From Longivirga aurantiaca (GTDB lineage: Bacteria > Actinomycetota > Actinomycetes > S36-B12 > CAIYMF01): DNA of 32,000 bases. The translations under genes were made by a program, and so were the position numbers. Below the pieces are notes generated by a model. That model did not search any database, was not told the origin of the DNA, and saw only the letters and a list, made by a program, of their open reading frames with translations. Numbering within the stretch: the first letter of the stretch is position 1; each line of letters starts with the position of its first letter. Shown piece by piece: positions 10,723 to 20,307 of the stretch. The stretch spans positions 2,265,604 to 2,297,603 of the forward strand of contig NZ_JBHSTI010000008.1 of NCBI RefSeq assembly GCF_042660085.1, in the 5' to 3' direction.

Positions 10723-11883
10723 ATGCAGGCGAGCGCTGCCACCGACCGCCCACGGGTGGTGATCGTCGACGTGCACGCGTCCGACTCGTTCCGCGAGTTC
10801 GCCGCAGCGCTGCGACGCCGTGGCGTCGACGTCATGCACGTCCGCCCCGCCTACCAGGGGCGGGGACGGTCGGTGAAGCGCGCGATCGACCGCCTCGCCG
10901 GGCCGATCGTCCCGCTGCACGGGCCGATCACCGGGGACGACCCGGCGACCGTCGCCCTGCGCCGGGAGATGCTGTCGGCGCCGACCGTGGACCTGCACGC
11001 GATCGAACCCGTCCTCGCAGACCTGGCGACGACTCCCGAGTGGCAGGCCAACCACGCTCTCCGCAGGCTGCGCCCCGGCGTCGAGCTCGGCGACGTCCTC
11101 GACAAGTGGGAGGTCGGACAGCTGGCCGTGGCCGCAGGCGTGCGGATCCCCGAGGCGAGCACCGACCTGACGACCGACCGGTTCCCCGTGGTCGTGAAGG
11201 GCCGCCTGGGCGCCGGCGGGATCTGGGTCCGGGTCGTGAACGACGCGGACGAGCTGCGGGCTGCCGTCGCCGACCTCGGAGGCGACGCGGCCGGCCTCTA
11301 CCTCGAGCGCTACCACCACACCGAGACCGGCCTCGGAACCGCCGGCGTGGCCCGCGACGGCGAGGTGCTGGTCTGCGGGGCGTTCGAGCGGCAGCCCAGC
11401 CCCGACGAGCCGCTCGCGCCCGCGGTCGCGATCAGGGCCTACCGCCACACTGCGGCGATCGAGGCGAGCGAGCGGCTCATTGGCGCTCTCGGCTACACGG
11501 GCATCTTCTGCCTCAACTTCGTCCCCGACGACGACGGCAGCCCGCTGCTGATCGACGTCAACCTGCGGGCGTTCGGGGCCTGGGTGACGCTCGACGAGCT
11601 GGGAGTCCCGATCCTCGACACCTACCTCGAGCTGATCGGTGCCGGCGCCGCTGCGCCCCCGATGAGGCTCGACGAGCAGCGCTGGGCACCCGTCGCGCGG
11701 ATCGGCACCGGGGCGAACGGAACGCTGGGCACGGTGTGGAGGGTGACCCGCGGCACCGGTGCGCTCGTGTGGCGCCGCCGACGCACGCTCGGATGGGGCT
11801 GGATGACCGGTACCGAGGTGCGCGTCGTGCAGACCGGGCTGACGGGCGCCGTCGGCGTCCTGCGAGGTCGGCGCCGTCGCTGA
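10723..11883 (+). CDS. ATP-grasp family protein
   Basis: 'FPVVVKGRLGAGGIWVRVVND', 'YTGIFCLNFVPDDDGSPLLIDVNLRAFGAW' (ATP-grasp metal-binding E/D..N pattern); ATG at 10723 with GAGGGAG RBS. Confidence 0.75.
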   Translation: MQASAATDRPRVVIVDVHASDSFREFAAALRRRGVDVMHVRPAYQGRGRSVKRAIDRLAGPIVPLHGPITGDDPATVALRREMLSAPTVDLHAIEPVLADLATTPEWQANHALRRLRPGVELGDVLDKWEVGQLAVAAGVRIPEASTDLTTDRFPVVVKGRLGAGGIWVRVVNDADELRAAVADLGGDAAGLYLERYHHTETGLGTAGVARDGEVLVCGAFERQPSPDEPLAPAVAIRAYRHTAAIEASERLIGALGYTGIFCLNFVPDDDGSPLLIDVNLRAFGAWVTLDELGVPILDTYLELIGAGAAAPPMRLDEQRWAPVARIGTGANGTLGTVWRVTRGTGALVWRRRRTLGWGWMTGTEVRVVQTGLTGAVGVLRGRRRR

Positions 11884-11904
11884 CCGCGAACGGGCCGGGA
11901 CGCG

Positions 11905-12672
11905 TCAGCCGACGCGGCGAGCGCCCATCGCGTCGCCCGCGAGGCGGGCGACGAGCAGCCGCAGCGTCTCGGAGTCGACTCCGCGGTCGAGCAGCCAGTG
12001 CGCAGCGCCCCCGCGCGAGCGCAGGTGCGCCAGGAAGATCCGCATCGCCTCCTCGTTCGGCTGCTGCGCGGGCCAGTCGGGAGTCGCGAGGTGGGCGTAC
12101 GCCGGGCGCGATCCGAGCCGCATCAGCACGGGCACGAGCCTCTGCTCGGTCAGGAGGTAGTCCTGCACCACCGCGTCGTCGTCCGCCCCGGCCAGCTTCA
12201 GCAGCAGGGCGCTCACGACGCCGGTGCGGTCCTTGCCCACGGCGCAGTGGACGTAGAGCGCGGAGCGAGACCAGGCGGTGCGGGCCAGGGCGTCCGCGAG
12301 ACGGAAGCCGCCGTTGTCGAGGTAGGCGGCGTAGCGCGCCGCGATCGGCTCCGCGTCGTGCACCCGGCCGATGGGGTCGGCGGCCACCTGCGCCCGCGCC
12401 AGGGGGACGGCCTCGTGCAGGACGTCGCTGCGCTGGTAGGCGCCGGCGAGCAGGCCGTCGCCGTCGAGCTCGCGCTCGTCCGGCTCGCGCAGGTCGAGCA
12501 CGTGCCGAACGCCGAGGGACCGCAGCTGCTCGATGCCGTCCGCCGTCAGGTGCACGACCGTCTCGCCGCGCAGGACCACGCCGAAGGAGGTCGCGCCCCC
12601 GTCCTTGAGCGGCACACCGCCCAGGTCGCGTGCGTTGTGCAGCCCGTCGACGTCCACCCATCGGTTCGTCAT
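11905..12672 (-). CDS. Tyrosine/serine-specific protein phosphatase, bacterial DSP/PTP family
   Basis: N-terminal 'NARDLGGVPLKDG' and P-loop 'YVHCAVGKDRTGVVSALLL'. Confidence 0.88.
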   Translation of the reverse strand: MTNRWVDVDGLHNARDLGGVPLKDGGATSFGVVLRGETVVHLTADGIEQLRSLGVRHVLDLREPDERELDGDGLLAGAYQRSDVLHEAVPLARAQVAADPIGRVHDAEPIAARYAAYLDNGGFRLADALARTAWSRSALYVHCAVGKDRTGVVSALLLKLAGADDDAVVQDYLLTEQRLVPVLMRLGSRPAYAHLATPDWPAQQPNEEAMRIFLAHLRSRGGAAHWLLDRGVDSETLRLLVARLAGDAMGARRVG

Positions 12673-12758
12673 GCCCCCACGGTCGCCCTCGCGCCTCTGC
12701 CGCCGCGGACGTGCGTGCGAACGGGAGGCGAACGTCCGGCGTACTCCTGGGTGACACG

Positions 12759-12800
12759 CCGAGGGCCGGCACCGGGAGCGGATCCGGTGCCGGCCCTCGG
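12759..12800 (-). terminator. Rho-independent-type hairpin downstream of the subtilase gene
   Basis: 17-bp perfect inverted repeat CCGAGGGCCGGCACCGG / CCGGTGCCGGCCCTCGG, 8-nt loop, 17 nt past the subtilase stop. Confidence 0.75.
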
Positions 12801-12816
12801 GCCGATCAGGTGCTGA

Positions 12817-15045
12817 CTACTTGGTGACCGTGAGGAGCACCGCGTGGGCGACCTCGGTGCCGCCGACCTTGACCCGCAGGAAGCCCTGCTTGAAGCCGGC
12901 CGGCGCCGCCTTCGCGGCGGTCGCCGTGACGGTGAACGTCGCCGACGCGCCTGCAGCCAGGGTGACCGACGAGGCGCTGACCGCGTAGGTGACGCCCGCA
13001 GGCTGGTCCGAGACCGACAGCGCGAAGGTCTTCGACGAACCGGTCGTGTTGGTGATCGTCATCGTCGTGGACCGTGCCTGGCCGCTGCCGGCGGGGATCC
13101 CGCCGAACGCGGCGCTGACCGGCCCGAGGACGGCCGGAGCGTCGACCGCGGCATCGAGGTTCTCGAGGCCCGCGCCCACGACGAGCACGTCGTTGGTGAC
13201 GGTCGCGGTCTTGTAGTCCTTCAGGACGCCCTGCGTCGCCGTGTTCACGATGGCGGAGCGGACCTGCTCGGCCGACCAGGTCGGGTGCTGACCGCGGACG
13301 ACCGCCGCCGAGCCCGCCAGGTGCGGCGACGCCATCGAGGTGCCGCTGAAGAACGCGAAGCAACCCGTGGCGTCCTCGCAGTCGGCCATGGGGATCGACG
13401 ACAGGACGTTGACGCCCGGGGCGACGACGTCGGGCTTGGCGCGCAGGCTCACGTCGACCGGGCCCTGGCTGGAGAAGCCCGCCATGACGTTCGCGTTCGA
13501 CGTCAGCTGGTAGCCCAGCTGGGCACCGATCGTGGCGGCCTTGCCGTCGAGCGCCAGGAGCGCGGCGCCGTACGAGCCGCCCACCATGTACGCCGGGATG
13601 GTCGGCTCCGGCGTCGTGCCGTCCGCGGCCATGGCGGTCGGGTCGCCCGCGACGTTGTTGACGACGATCACCGCGACGGCACCGGCGTTCTGCGCGCTCC
13701 GGACCTTGGTGGTGAAGGTGCATGCACCTCGCGACACGACGGCGATCTTGCCGGTGAGGCTGCCCGCGGGCAGTGCGGCGCAGGCGTCGCTGAAGCCGTT
13801 GGTGGTGCCCGTGACCACACCGAGCGGAGCGCCGAGATCAGCCGCAACCGTCGGGAAGTCGCCTGCAGCGACGAGGAACGGCTGCGCCGCGGTGGCGACC
13901 GTCAGGGTCGCGCCGACGAAGTGCGGGACGGCGCTCGCGCCTGCAGTGAGCGCGCGCTCGGCGGAGCCGGGCGAGCCCAGGGTGAACGGGCCGGGGCCCT
14001 CGTTGCCCGCCGACACCGCGACCACCATGTTCGCGCGGTCGAGGTTGTCGACGGCGATGGTGAGGAGGTCCTGGATGCCGTGGGCGTCGCCGCCGAGGCT
14101 CATGTTCGCGACGTCCATGCCGTCGGCGTAGGCGGCCTCGAGCGCGTTGAGGATGTCCTCCGAGCGCGCGCTCTCGACGTCGCCGGGGAAGACGTTGTAG
14201 TTGCCGAGGAGCGCCGCCGGGGCGACGCCCGACATCTTGTACGGCACCGCGACGCCGTCGACCGTGACCGGCGTCTGGTAGTTGCAGGCAACCGTGCCGG
14301 CGACGTGGGTGCCGTGGTCGCCGACGCCCTGCGCGTCGAAGCCGTTCTGGTTGAGCTTCATGTTGAAGACGCGAGCGACGATGACCTTGTTGTTCGTGTA
14401 CTTCTTGTCGCCGAGCTGGGTCTGGCCCGGGTAGCCGGCGTCGCTGAAGCACGGGTGGGTCTGGTCGATGCCGGAGTCGACGATGGCGACCTTGACGTTG
14501 CGACCCGCCCCGGCCGCCCCGTTGGTGCCCCAGCCCGCCGTCGCGTTGATGAGCGCGAGGTCCGGGTCGGCGATCGACGCCGCGGTCGGGTAGTAGACAC
14601 CCTCGTACTGAGCCTGCGCGACCATCGACGTCGCCGAGATCTGCTTGAGGCTCGCGCCGTTGAGCTTGACGGCCACGGCGTTGAGGGCGATGTCGAACTC
14701 ACCCGTGACCGAGGCGCCGGGGACGTTGGTGCGCAGCCAGGCCTTGTAGTCGTTGCGCGCCTTGGACAGCAGGGCGCGGTACGCCTTCGTCGTCGAGTTG
14801 TTGAAGTCGATCTTCTTGCCCTTGGCCGGCTTGGTCTTGGCCGCCGTGGCCAGCGGGGCCATGGTCAGCTGGACGATCGCGCGGCTGGTGTCCACCGTCG
14901 TCTTCGACGCGGTGGCGTCGTTCAACGGTGTCGCCCCGGCCGGCAGCGTGGCCGCCAGCGGAGCGACAGTCAGCGCGACGACGAGCGCGGACGCTGCGGT
15001 GGCAGCGGCGGCGGCACGTCGTGCGGTGGTGGTCGTACGGAGCAT
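12817..15045 (-). CDS. Secreted S8 subtilisin-like serine peptidase with PA-type insert
   Basis: Signal peptide after ATG 15045 (MLRTTTTARRAAAAATAASALVVALTVAPLAATLPAGA); catalytic Asp 'VAIVDSGID', His 'GDHGTHVAG', Ser 'FSGTSMASPHLAG'; PA-like 'GKIAVVSRGACTFTTKVRSAQNAGAVAVIVVNN'. Confidence 0.95.
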   Translation of the reverse strand: MLRTTTTARRAAAAATAASALVVALTVAPLAATLPAGATPLNDATASKTTVDTSRAIVQLTMAPLATAAKTKPAKGKKIDFNNSTTKAYRALLSKARNDYKAWLRTNVPGASVTGEFDIALNAVAVKLNGASLKQISATSMVAQAQYEGVYYPTAASIADPDLALINATAGWGTNGAAGAGRNVKVAIVDSGIDQTHPCFSDAGYPGQTQLGDKKYTNNKVIVARVFNMKLNQNGFDAQGVGDHGTHVAGTVACNYQTPVTVDGVAVPYKMSGVAPAALLGNYNVFPGDVESARSEDILNALEAAYADGMDVANMSLGGDAHGIQDLLTIAVDNLDRANMVVAVSAGNEGPGPFTLGSPGSAERALTAGASAVPHFVGATLTVATAAQPFLVAAGDFPTVAADLGAPLGVVTGTTNGFSDACAALPAGSLTGKIAVVSRGACTFTTKVRSAQNAGAVAVIVVNNVAGDPTAMAADGTTPEPTIPAYMVGGSYGAALLALDGKAATIGAQLGYQLTSNANVMAGFSSQGPVDVSLRAKPDVVAPGVNVLSSIPMADCEDATGCFAFFSGTSMASPHLAGSAAVVRGQHPTWSAEQVRSAIVNTATQGVLKDYKTATVTNDVLVVGAGLENLDAAVDAPAVLGPVSAAFGGIPAGSGQARSTTMTITNTTGSSKTFALSVSDQPAGVTYAVSASSVTLAAGASATFTVTATAAKAAPAGFKQGFLRVKVGGTEVAHAVLLTVTK

Positions 15046-15471
15046 CGAGATCTCCTCGTCGACAGGTGAGAACGGTGCGGGCCGGGAGGGCATCCGCCTC
15101 GTGGTGACGCGCAGACCATATGTGCAGGAATCGTCGCCACGCGCTTCCGTGACCGGAACTTCTCCTGCGGTAACCCGGTCGAGGGAACGAGGGCACGCAT
15201 CGTGCGACGTCGGTCACTCCTCGTGTCTGGATGCACGCGGTGCGAGGGCGCCTCGCCTCCCATCGCCCGGCCCTCCCAGGTGGAGGGATCCGCATATGCG
15301 GGGAGAACGTGGGTCGTCTGTCCGCGATTTCGTCCTACGCCTCAGCATCCGGTCAGAGGTGCGGCGAACCCGCCCTACGCCCCCGTTGACGGGGGTACTT
15401 TCCGCGGCACGGGGCGACGGCTGTCCGGGACGTCGCGCGCCCTCGCCACTCCAACCCCAGGGAGATCATCG

Positions 15472-15948
15472 ATGACCCACATCGGAGTCACCGTGGACGG
15501 GATCCTGCGGCACGGTGACGTGGAGCCTCGACGGCTCCTCGTGCACTGGCTGCGCGAGGACCTCGGCCTCGTCGGCACACCGGTCGGATGCGACACCTCG
15601 AACTGCGGTGCCTGCACCGTCCTGATCGACGGACGCAGCGCCAAGTCGTGCAGCGTGCTCGCCGTCCAGGTGGACGGCCAGAGCGTCACCACGATCCAGG
15701 GCCTCGCCGACGGCGACGAGTGGCACCCGGTGCAGAAGGCGTTCAAGGAGTGCCACGCCCTCCAGTGCGGCTTCTGCACCCCCGGCATGGTCCTGGCCTC
15801 GGTCGACCTGCTCTCGGAGAACCCGGACCCGAGCGAGGACGAGATCCGGGCCGGCCTCGAGGGCAACCTCTGCCGCTGCACCGGCTATCACAACATCGTG
15901 AAGGCGGTCGCGACCGCTGCGGCCGAGATGAAGGGGGCGTCGGCATGA
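15472..15948 (+). CDS. coxS: Molybdenum hydroxylase / CO dehydrogenase small (2Fe-2S) subunit, form II-type cluster
   Basis: '[16 protein letters not shown]' and 'CHALQCGFCTPGM..EGNLCRCTGYHNIVKAV' 2Fe-2S motifs; GGAG upstream. Confidence 0.93.
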   Translation: MTHIGVTVDGILRHGDVEPRRLLVHWLREDLGLVGTPVGCDTSNCGACTVLIDGRSAKSCSVLAVQVDGQSVTTIQGLADGDEWHPVQKAFKECHALQCGFCTPGMVLASVDLLSENPDPSEDEIRAGLEGNLCRCTGYHNIVKAVATAAAEMKGASA

Positions 15949-18323
15949 CCGAGACCGTCGAGCGCACGGACGGCCCTGCGATCGGTCGTTCCGACCGGCG
16001 CAAGGAGGACGCCCGGCTCCTGACCGGCCGCACCAACTGGACCGACAACATCCAGCTGCCCGGCACGCTGCACATGGCCACGCTGCGCAGCTCGGTCGCG
16101 CACGCGAGGATCACCCGGATCGACACCAGCGCCGCCACGGCGGCAGAGGGCGTCTTCGCCGTCTACACGGGCGCGGACTTCCCCGACCTCCTCGGCACCA
16201 CCTGCGTGTGGCCGGTCACCGACGACATCAACACCGCGACGATGCCGGCGATCTGCTCGGACACGGTCAACTTCGCGGGCGACGTCGTCGCCGTCGTCCT
16301 CGCCACCGAGCAGTCGCTCGCGGTCGACGCGCTCGACCTCATCGACGTCGACTACGAGCCGCTGCCGGCAGTGGTCGACATGGAGAGCGCCCTCGCGTCC
16401 GGCTCCCCGAACGTCCACGAGGACTTCGGCACGAACCAGTGCTTCACCATGAACGTGCCCTGGGGCGACTACGCCGCGGCGAAGGCCAAGGCCGACGTCG
16501 TCGTCAGCCGCCGGTTCATCAACCAGCGCCTCATCCCGAACCCGATGGAGCCTCGCTCGGTCGTCGCTGCGCCGATGGGGATGAGCGACGAGATCACCAT
16601 CTGGTCCTCGACCCAGATCCCCCACGTGCTTCGGGTCCTGCTGGCGCTGCTGACGGGCATCCCGGAGAACAACATCCGCGTCGTCGCACCCGACGTCGGC
16701 GGCGGCTTCGGCGCCAAGCTGCAGATCAACCGCGAGGAGGTGCTGTCGATCGTCCTGGCCAAGAAGCTGGGTCGCCCGGTCAAGTGGACCGAAGGTCGCA
16801 GCGAGCACTTCGTGTCGACGCACCACGGCCGCGACCAGATCCAGGACATCGAGATCGCCGCGACCAGCGACGGCACCATCCTGGGGCTGAAGGTCGACCT
16901 CAAGGCCGACATGGGCGCCTACCTGCAGATCATCACGCCCGGCACGCCGCTCCTCGGCATGTTCATGTACTCGGGCATCTACAAGATGGACGCGCTCGAC
17001 TTCACCTGCACCGGCGTCTACACCAACAAGACGCCGACCGACGCCTACCGCGGCGCCGGACGCCCGGAGGCGACGTACGCCATCGAGCGCATCGTCGACG
17101 AGCTCGCGAACGAGCTCGGCATGGAGCCGCTCGAGCTGCGCAAGAAGAACTGGATCAAGCACGAGGAGTTCCCCTACACGCAGATCGCGGGCCTCACGTA
17201 CGACACGGGCAACTACGAGGCCGCGACCGCGCGCGCGGTGGAGCTCTTCGGGTACGACGAGCTCCGCGCCGAGCAGGCCGCACGCCGCGCGAGCGGCGAC
17301 AAGGTTCAGCTCGGCATCGGCATCTCGACGTTCACCGAGATGTGCGGCCTCGCGCCGTCCCGCACCCTGGGCGCGCTCAAGTACGCCGCAGGCGGATGGG
17401 AGCACTGCACGATCCGTGTGACGCCGACCGGCAAGGTGGAGCTCGTCACCGGCACGTCGCCGCACGGGCAGGGCCACGAGACTGCGTGGAGCCAGATCGC
17501 CAGCGACATCATCGGCATCCCTGTCGAGGACATCGAGGTCGTGCACGGCGACACCGGCAGGGCGCCGTACGGCATGGACACGTACGGCTCGCGCTCGCTG
17601 GCCGTCGGTGGCCAGGCCATCAAGGCGGCTGGCGAGAGGGTCGTGGAGAAGGCACGGGTCATGGCCGCGCACCAGCTCGAGGTGAGCCCGGACGACATCG
17701 AGTTCAGCAACGGCACGTTCTCGGTGAAGGGCGACCCTGAGAAGAGCACGACCATCCAGGCCGTCGCGTGGGCCGCGTTCGCGGCGCACAACATCCCCGA
17801 CGGCATGGAGCCGATGCTGTCCGGCGAGTCGACCGTCGACCCGCAGGACTTCTCCTACCCCCACGGCACGCACCTCGCGGCCATGGAGGTCGACACGGAG
17901 ACCGGCATGGTCACGCTGCGCAAGTACGTCGCCGTCGACGACTGCGGCGTGCAGATCAACCCGCTCATCGTCGAGGGCCAGGTGCACGGCGGACTCGCCC
18001 AGGGCATCGCCCAGGCGATGTACGAGGGTGCCCTCTACGACGCTGACGGCAACCTGCTGACCGGGTCGATGGGCGACTACCTCCTTCCGAGCGCGGCCGA
18101 CCTGCCGTCGTTCATCACCGATCGGACGATCACTCCGTCCACGACACATCCCTTGGGGACCAAGGGGATCGGCGAGGCCGGCGCGATCGCGTCGACCCCG
18201 GCGATCATCAACGGCGTGGTCGACGCGCTGCGCCCCCTCGGCGTCAACGACGTCTTCATGCCCGCCAGCCCGCAGAACGTGTGGCGCGCCATCCAGGCGG
18301 CGCAGAACGGAGGTGCCGCATGA
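15945..18323 (+). CDS. coxL: Form II CoxL-type molybdopterin large subunit (aldehyde oxidase/xanthine dehydrogenase family)
   Basis: 'DVGGGFGAKLQ', active-site motif 'AYRGAGRPEATY', 'QGHETAWSQI', 'LGTKGIGEAGAIA'; ATGA overlap with coxS and coxM. Confidence 0.92.
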   Translation: MTETVERTDGPAIGRSDRRKEDARLLTGRTNWTDNIQLPGTLHMATLRSSVAHARITRIDTSAATAAEGVFAVYTGADFPDLLGTTCVWPVTDDINTATMPAICSDTVNFAGDVVAVVLATEQSLAVDALDLIDVDYEPLPAVVDMESALASGSPNVHEDFGTNQCFTMNVPWGDYAAAKAKADVVVSRRFINQRLIPNPMEPRSVVAAPMGMSDEITIWSSTQIPHVLRVLLALLTGIPENNIRVVAPDVGGGFGAKLQINREEVLSIVLAKKLGRPVKWTEGRSEHFVSTHHGRDQIQDIEIAATSDGTILGLKVDLKADMGAYLQIITPGTPLLGMFMYSGIYKMDALDFTCTGVYTNKTPTDAYRGAGRPEATYAIERIVDELANELGMEPLELRKKNWIKHEEFPYTQIAGLTYDTGNYEAATARAVELFGYDELRAEQAARRASGDKVQLGIGISTFTEMCGLAPSRTLGALKYAAGGWEHCTIRVTPTGKVELVTGTSPHGQGHETAWSQIASDIIGIPVEDIEVVHGDTGRAPYGMDTYGSRSLAVGGQAIKAAGERVVEKARVMAAHQLEVSPDDIEFSNGTFSVKGDPEKSTTIQAVAWAAFAAHNIPDGMEPMLSGESTVDPQDFSYPHGTHLAAMEVDTETGMVTLRKYVAVDDCGVQINPLIVEGQVHGGLAQGIAQAMYEGALYDADGNLLTGSMGDYLLPSAADLPSFITDRTITPSTTHPLGTKGIGEAGAIASTPAIINGVVDALRPLGVNDVFMPASPQNVWRAIQAAQNGGAA

Positions 18324-19174
18324 TCCCCTCGGCGTTCGACTACGTGAAGGCGTCCACGGTCGACGAGGCCGTCGCGGCTCTCGCCGAGGCAGGCGAGGAC
18401 GCGAAGGTGCTCGGCGGCGGCCAGTCGCTGCTGCCGGTGCTGCGCCTGCGTCTCAACGCACCGACCGTGCTCGTCGATGTCAGCGGCGTCGGCGAGATGC
18501 GGAGCATCTCGGACGAGGGCGGCTCGCTGCTCATCGGTGCGGCGGTCACGACGTACGAGGTCCTGCACGACGCGGCGGTCAACGCCTCGGTGCCCCTGCT
18601 GTCGCAGACCGCGGGGCTCGTGGCCGACCCGGCCATCCGTCACCGCGGGACCTTCGGCGGCTCGTGCACCCACGCCGACCCGGCAGGCGACCTGCCCACG
18701 GTGGCGCGGGCGCTCGACGCCGAGTTCGTGATCGCGGGGCCGGGCGGCCGTCGCACGGTGGCGGCGGCGGACTTCTTCGTCGACTACTTCACCACGGCCG
18801 TGGGACCGGACGAGGTCCTCGTGGCCGTCCGCGTGCCGAAGCTCGACGGGTGGGGCAGCCACTACGAGAAGTTCCACCGCACCGCGCAGGCGTGGGCCAT
18901 CGTCGGTGTCGCAGCGGCGGTGAAGGTCGAGGGCGGCAGCATCACCGGCGCCCGCGTCGCGCTCACCAACGTCGGACCGACGCCGGTGCGCGCTGCCTCG
19001 GTCGAGGCGGCCCTCATCGGAGGCCCTGCCACCGTCGAGGCGATCACTGCCGCCGCGCAGAGCGCGGCCGACGGCACGTCGCCCACCAGCGACACCCACG
19101 CCGCGGCCGACTTCCGCACCCACCTGGCGAAGGTCCTCACGGGCCGAGCCGTCGCCAAGGCCGCGGGCCTCTAG
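18320..19174 (+). CDS. coxM: FAD-binding medium subunit, form II-type cluster
   Basis: 'VLGGGQSLLPVLRLRL' and 'TFGGSCTHADPAGDLPTV' FAD-binding motifs. Confidence 0.93.
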   Translation: MIPSAFDYVKASTVDEAVAALAEAGEDAKVLGGGQSLLPVLRLRLNAPTVLVDVSGVGEMRSISDEGGSLLIGAAVTTYEVLHDAAVNASVPLLSQTAGLVADPAIRHRGTFGGSCTHADPAGDLPTVARALDAEFVIAGPGGRRTVAAADFFVDYFTTAVGPDEVLVAVRVPKLDGWGSHYEKFHRTAQAWAIVGVAAAVKVEGGSITGARVALTNVGPTPVRAASVEAALIGGPATVEAITAAAQSAADGTSPTSDTHAAADFRTHLAKVLTGRAVAKAAGL

Positions 19175-19188
19175 CGCTCCACCAGCCC

Positions 19189-19230
19189 CAGCAGAACGGC
19201 CCCCGTCGCACGACGGGGGCCGTTCTGCTG
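19189..19230. terminator. Bidirectional terminator between convergent coxSLM and modABC
   Basis: Perfect 20-nt arms CAGCAGAACGGCCCCCGTCG / CGACGGGGGCCGTTCTGCTG between the stop codons of two convergent operons. Confidence 0.88.
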
Positions 19231-19245
19231 TTCCTCGAGGGTCGG

Positions 19246-20307
19246 TCAGGCGGGGTAGACGTCGAGCTCGGTGGCCTTGGCCGAGAGCCACAGCTCGGTG
19301 CCGCGCGTGAGCCGGAGGTCGGCCACCGCCCCCGGTGTGACGTCGACGATGACCGTCGGGGCGCCGCTGACGGTGACGCGGACGCGGTCGCCGATGGGCT
19401 CGACGCCGTCGACGACACCGCGCCACACGTTGCGCGCGCTGCCCTCCGGCTCGGCGGCGTGCAGGCTGATCGCGCTGGGTCGTACGGCGACCAGCACGTG
19501 GCCGTGGTGATCGGCGTCGTCCGCCACGTGCAGCGCGCCGCCGCCGTCCAGGGCGACCTCCCCGCCCGCGGCCGTGCCGGGCAGCAGGTTGATGCCGAGC
19601 AGCCGTGCGACGTAGCGCGTCGCCGGGCGCCTGGCCACCTCCCACGGCTCCCCCTGCTGCGTGACCGAGCCGCCCTCCAGCACCACGATCCGGTCCGCCA
19701 GGACGAGGGCGTCGAGCGGGTCGTGCGTGACCAGCAGCGTGGGACCCCCGACGTCGGTCAGGTGCTCGCGCAACCAGGAGCGGACGTCGAGCCGCGTGCC
19801 GGCGTCGAGCGCCGCGAGCGGTTCGTCGAGCAGCATCGCCACCGGGTCGGCCGCGAGCGCACGACCGAGCGCCACCCGCTGTGCCTGCCCGCCCGACAGC
19901 GTCGCCGGCTTGCGGTGCGCGAGGTCGTCGAGCCCGAGCCTCGTCACCCACACCCCCGCGCGCCGCCGGGATTCGGCCTTGGACACGCCGGACGAGCGCA
20001 GCCCGAAGGCGAGGTTGTCGAGCACCGAGAGGTGAGGGAAGAGCCGATAATCCTGGAACACCAGGCCGATCCGGCGCTCCCCCGGTGCGACGAGCACGTC
20101 GGCCGCGGGATGGTCCACGACCACGGTGCCGAGCGACAGCCGCCCGCCGGTCATCGGCGTGAGCCCGGCGACCGCGCGCAGCAGGGTCGACTTCCCGGCA
20201 CCGTTCGGGCCGAGCACCGCCACCACCTCGCCGGCAGCCACCTCGATCTCGACGTCGAGGCGGAAGGCCCCCTGCTCGACGACGACCTGGCCCGACAGCC
20301 CGCTCAT
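19246..20307 (-). CDS. modC: Molybdate ABC transporter ATP-binding protein with TOBE-like C-terminus
   Basis: Walker A 'LGPNGAGKSTLL', signature 'LSGGQAQRVALGRALA', Walker B 'MLLDEPLAALD'; C-terminal 'GAPTVIVDVTPGAVADLRLTRGTELWLSAKATELDVY'; ATGA overlap with modB. Confidence 0.92.
   Translation of the reverse strand: MSGLSGQVVVEQGAFRLDVEIEVAAGEVVAVLGPNGAGKSTLLRAVAGLTPMTGGRLSLGTVVVDHPAADVLVAPGERRIGLVFQDYRLFPHLSVLDNLAFGLRSSGVSKAESRRRAGVWVTRLGLDDLAHRKPATLSGGQAQRVALGRALAADPVAMLLDEPLAALDAGTRLDVRSWLREHLTDVGGPTLLVTHDPLDALVLADRIVVLEGGSVTQQGEPWEVARRPATRYVARLLGINLLPGTAAGGEVALDGGGALHVADDADHHGHVLVAVRPSAISLHAAEPEGSARNVWRGVVDGVEPIGDRVRVTVSGAPTVIVDVTPGAVADLRLTRGTELWLSAKATELDVYPA

Noticed and set aside
15288-15299. 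ATCCGCATATGCGG palindrome in the coxS upstream region as a regulator site
   Set aside because: It is short and single-copy, and I did not see a matching copy upstream of the other cox/mod operons, so no regulatory claim is justified from sequence alone.
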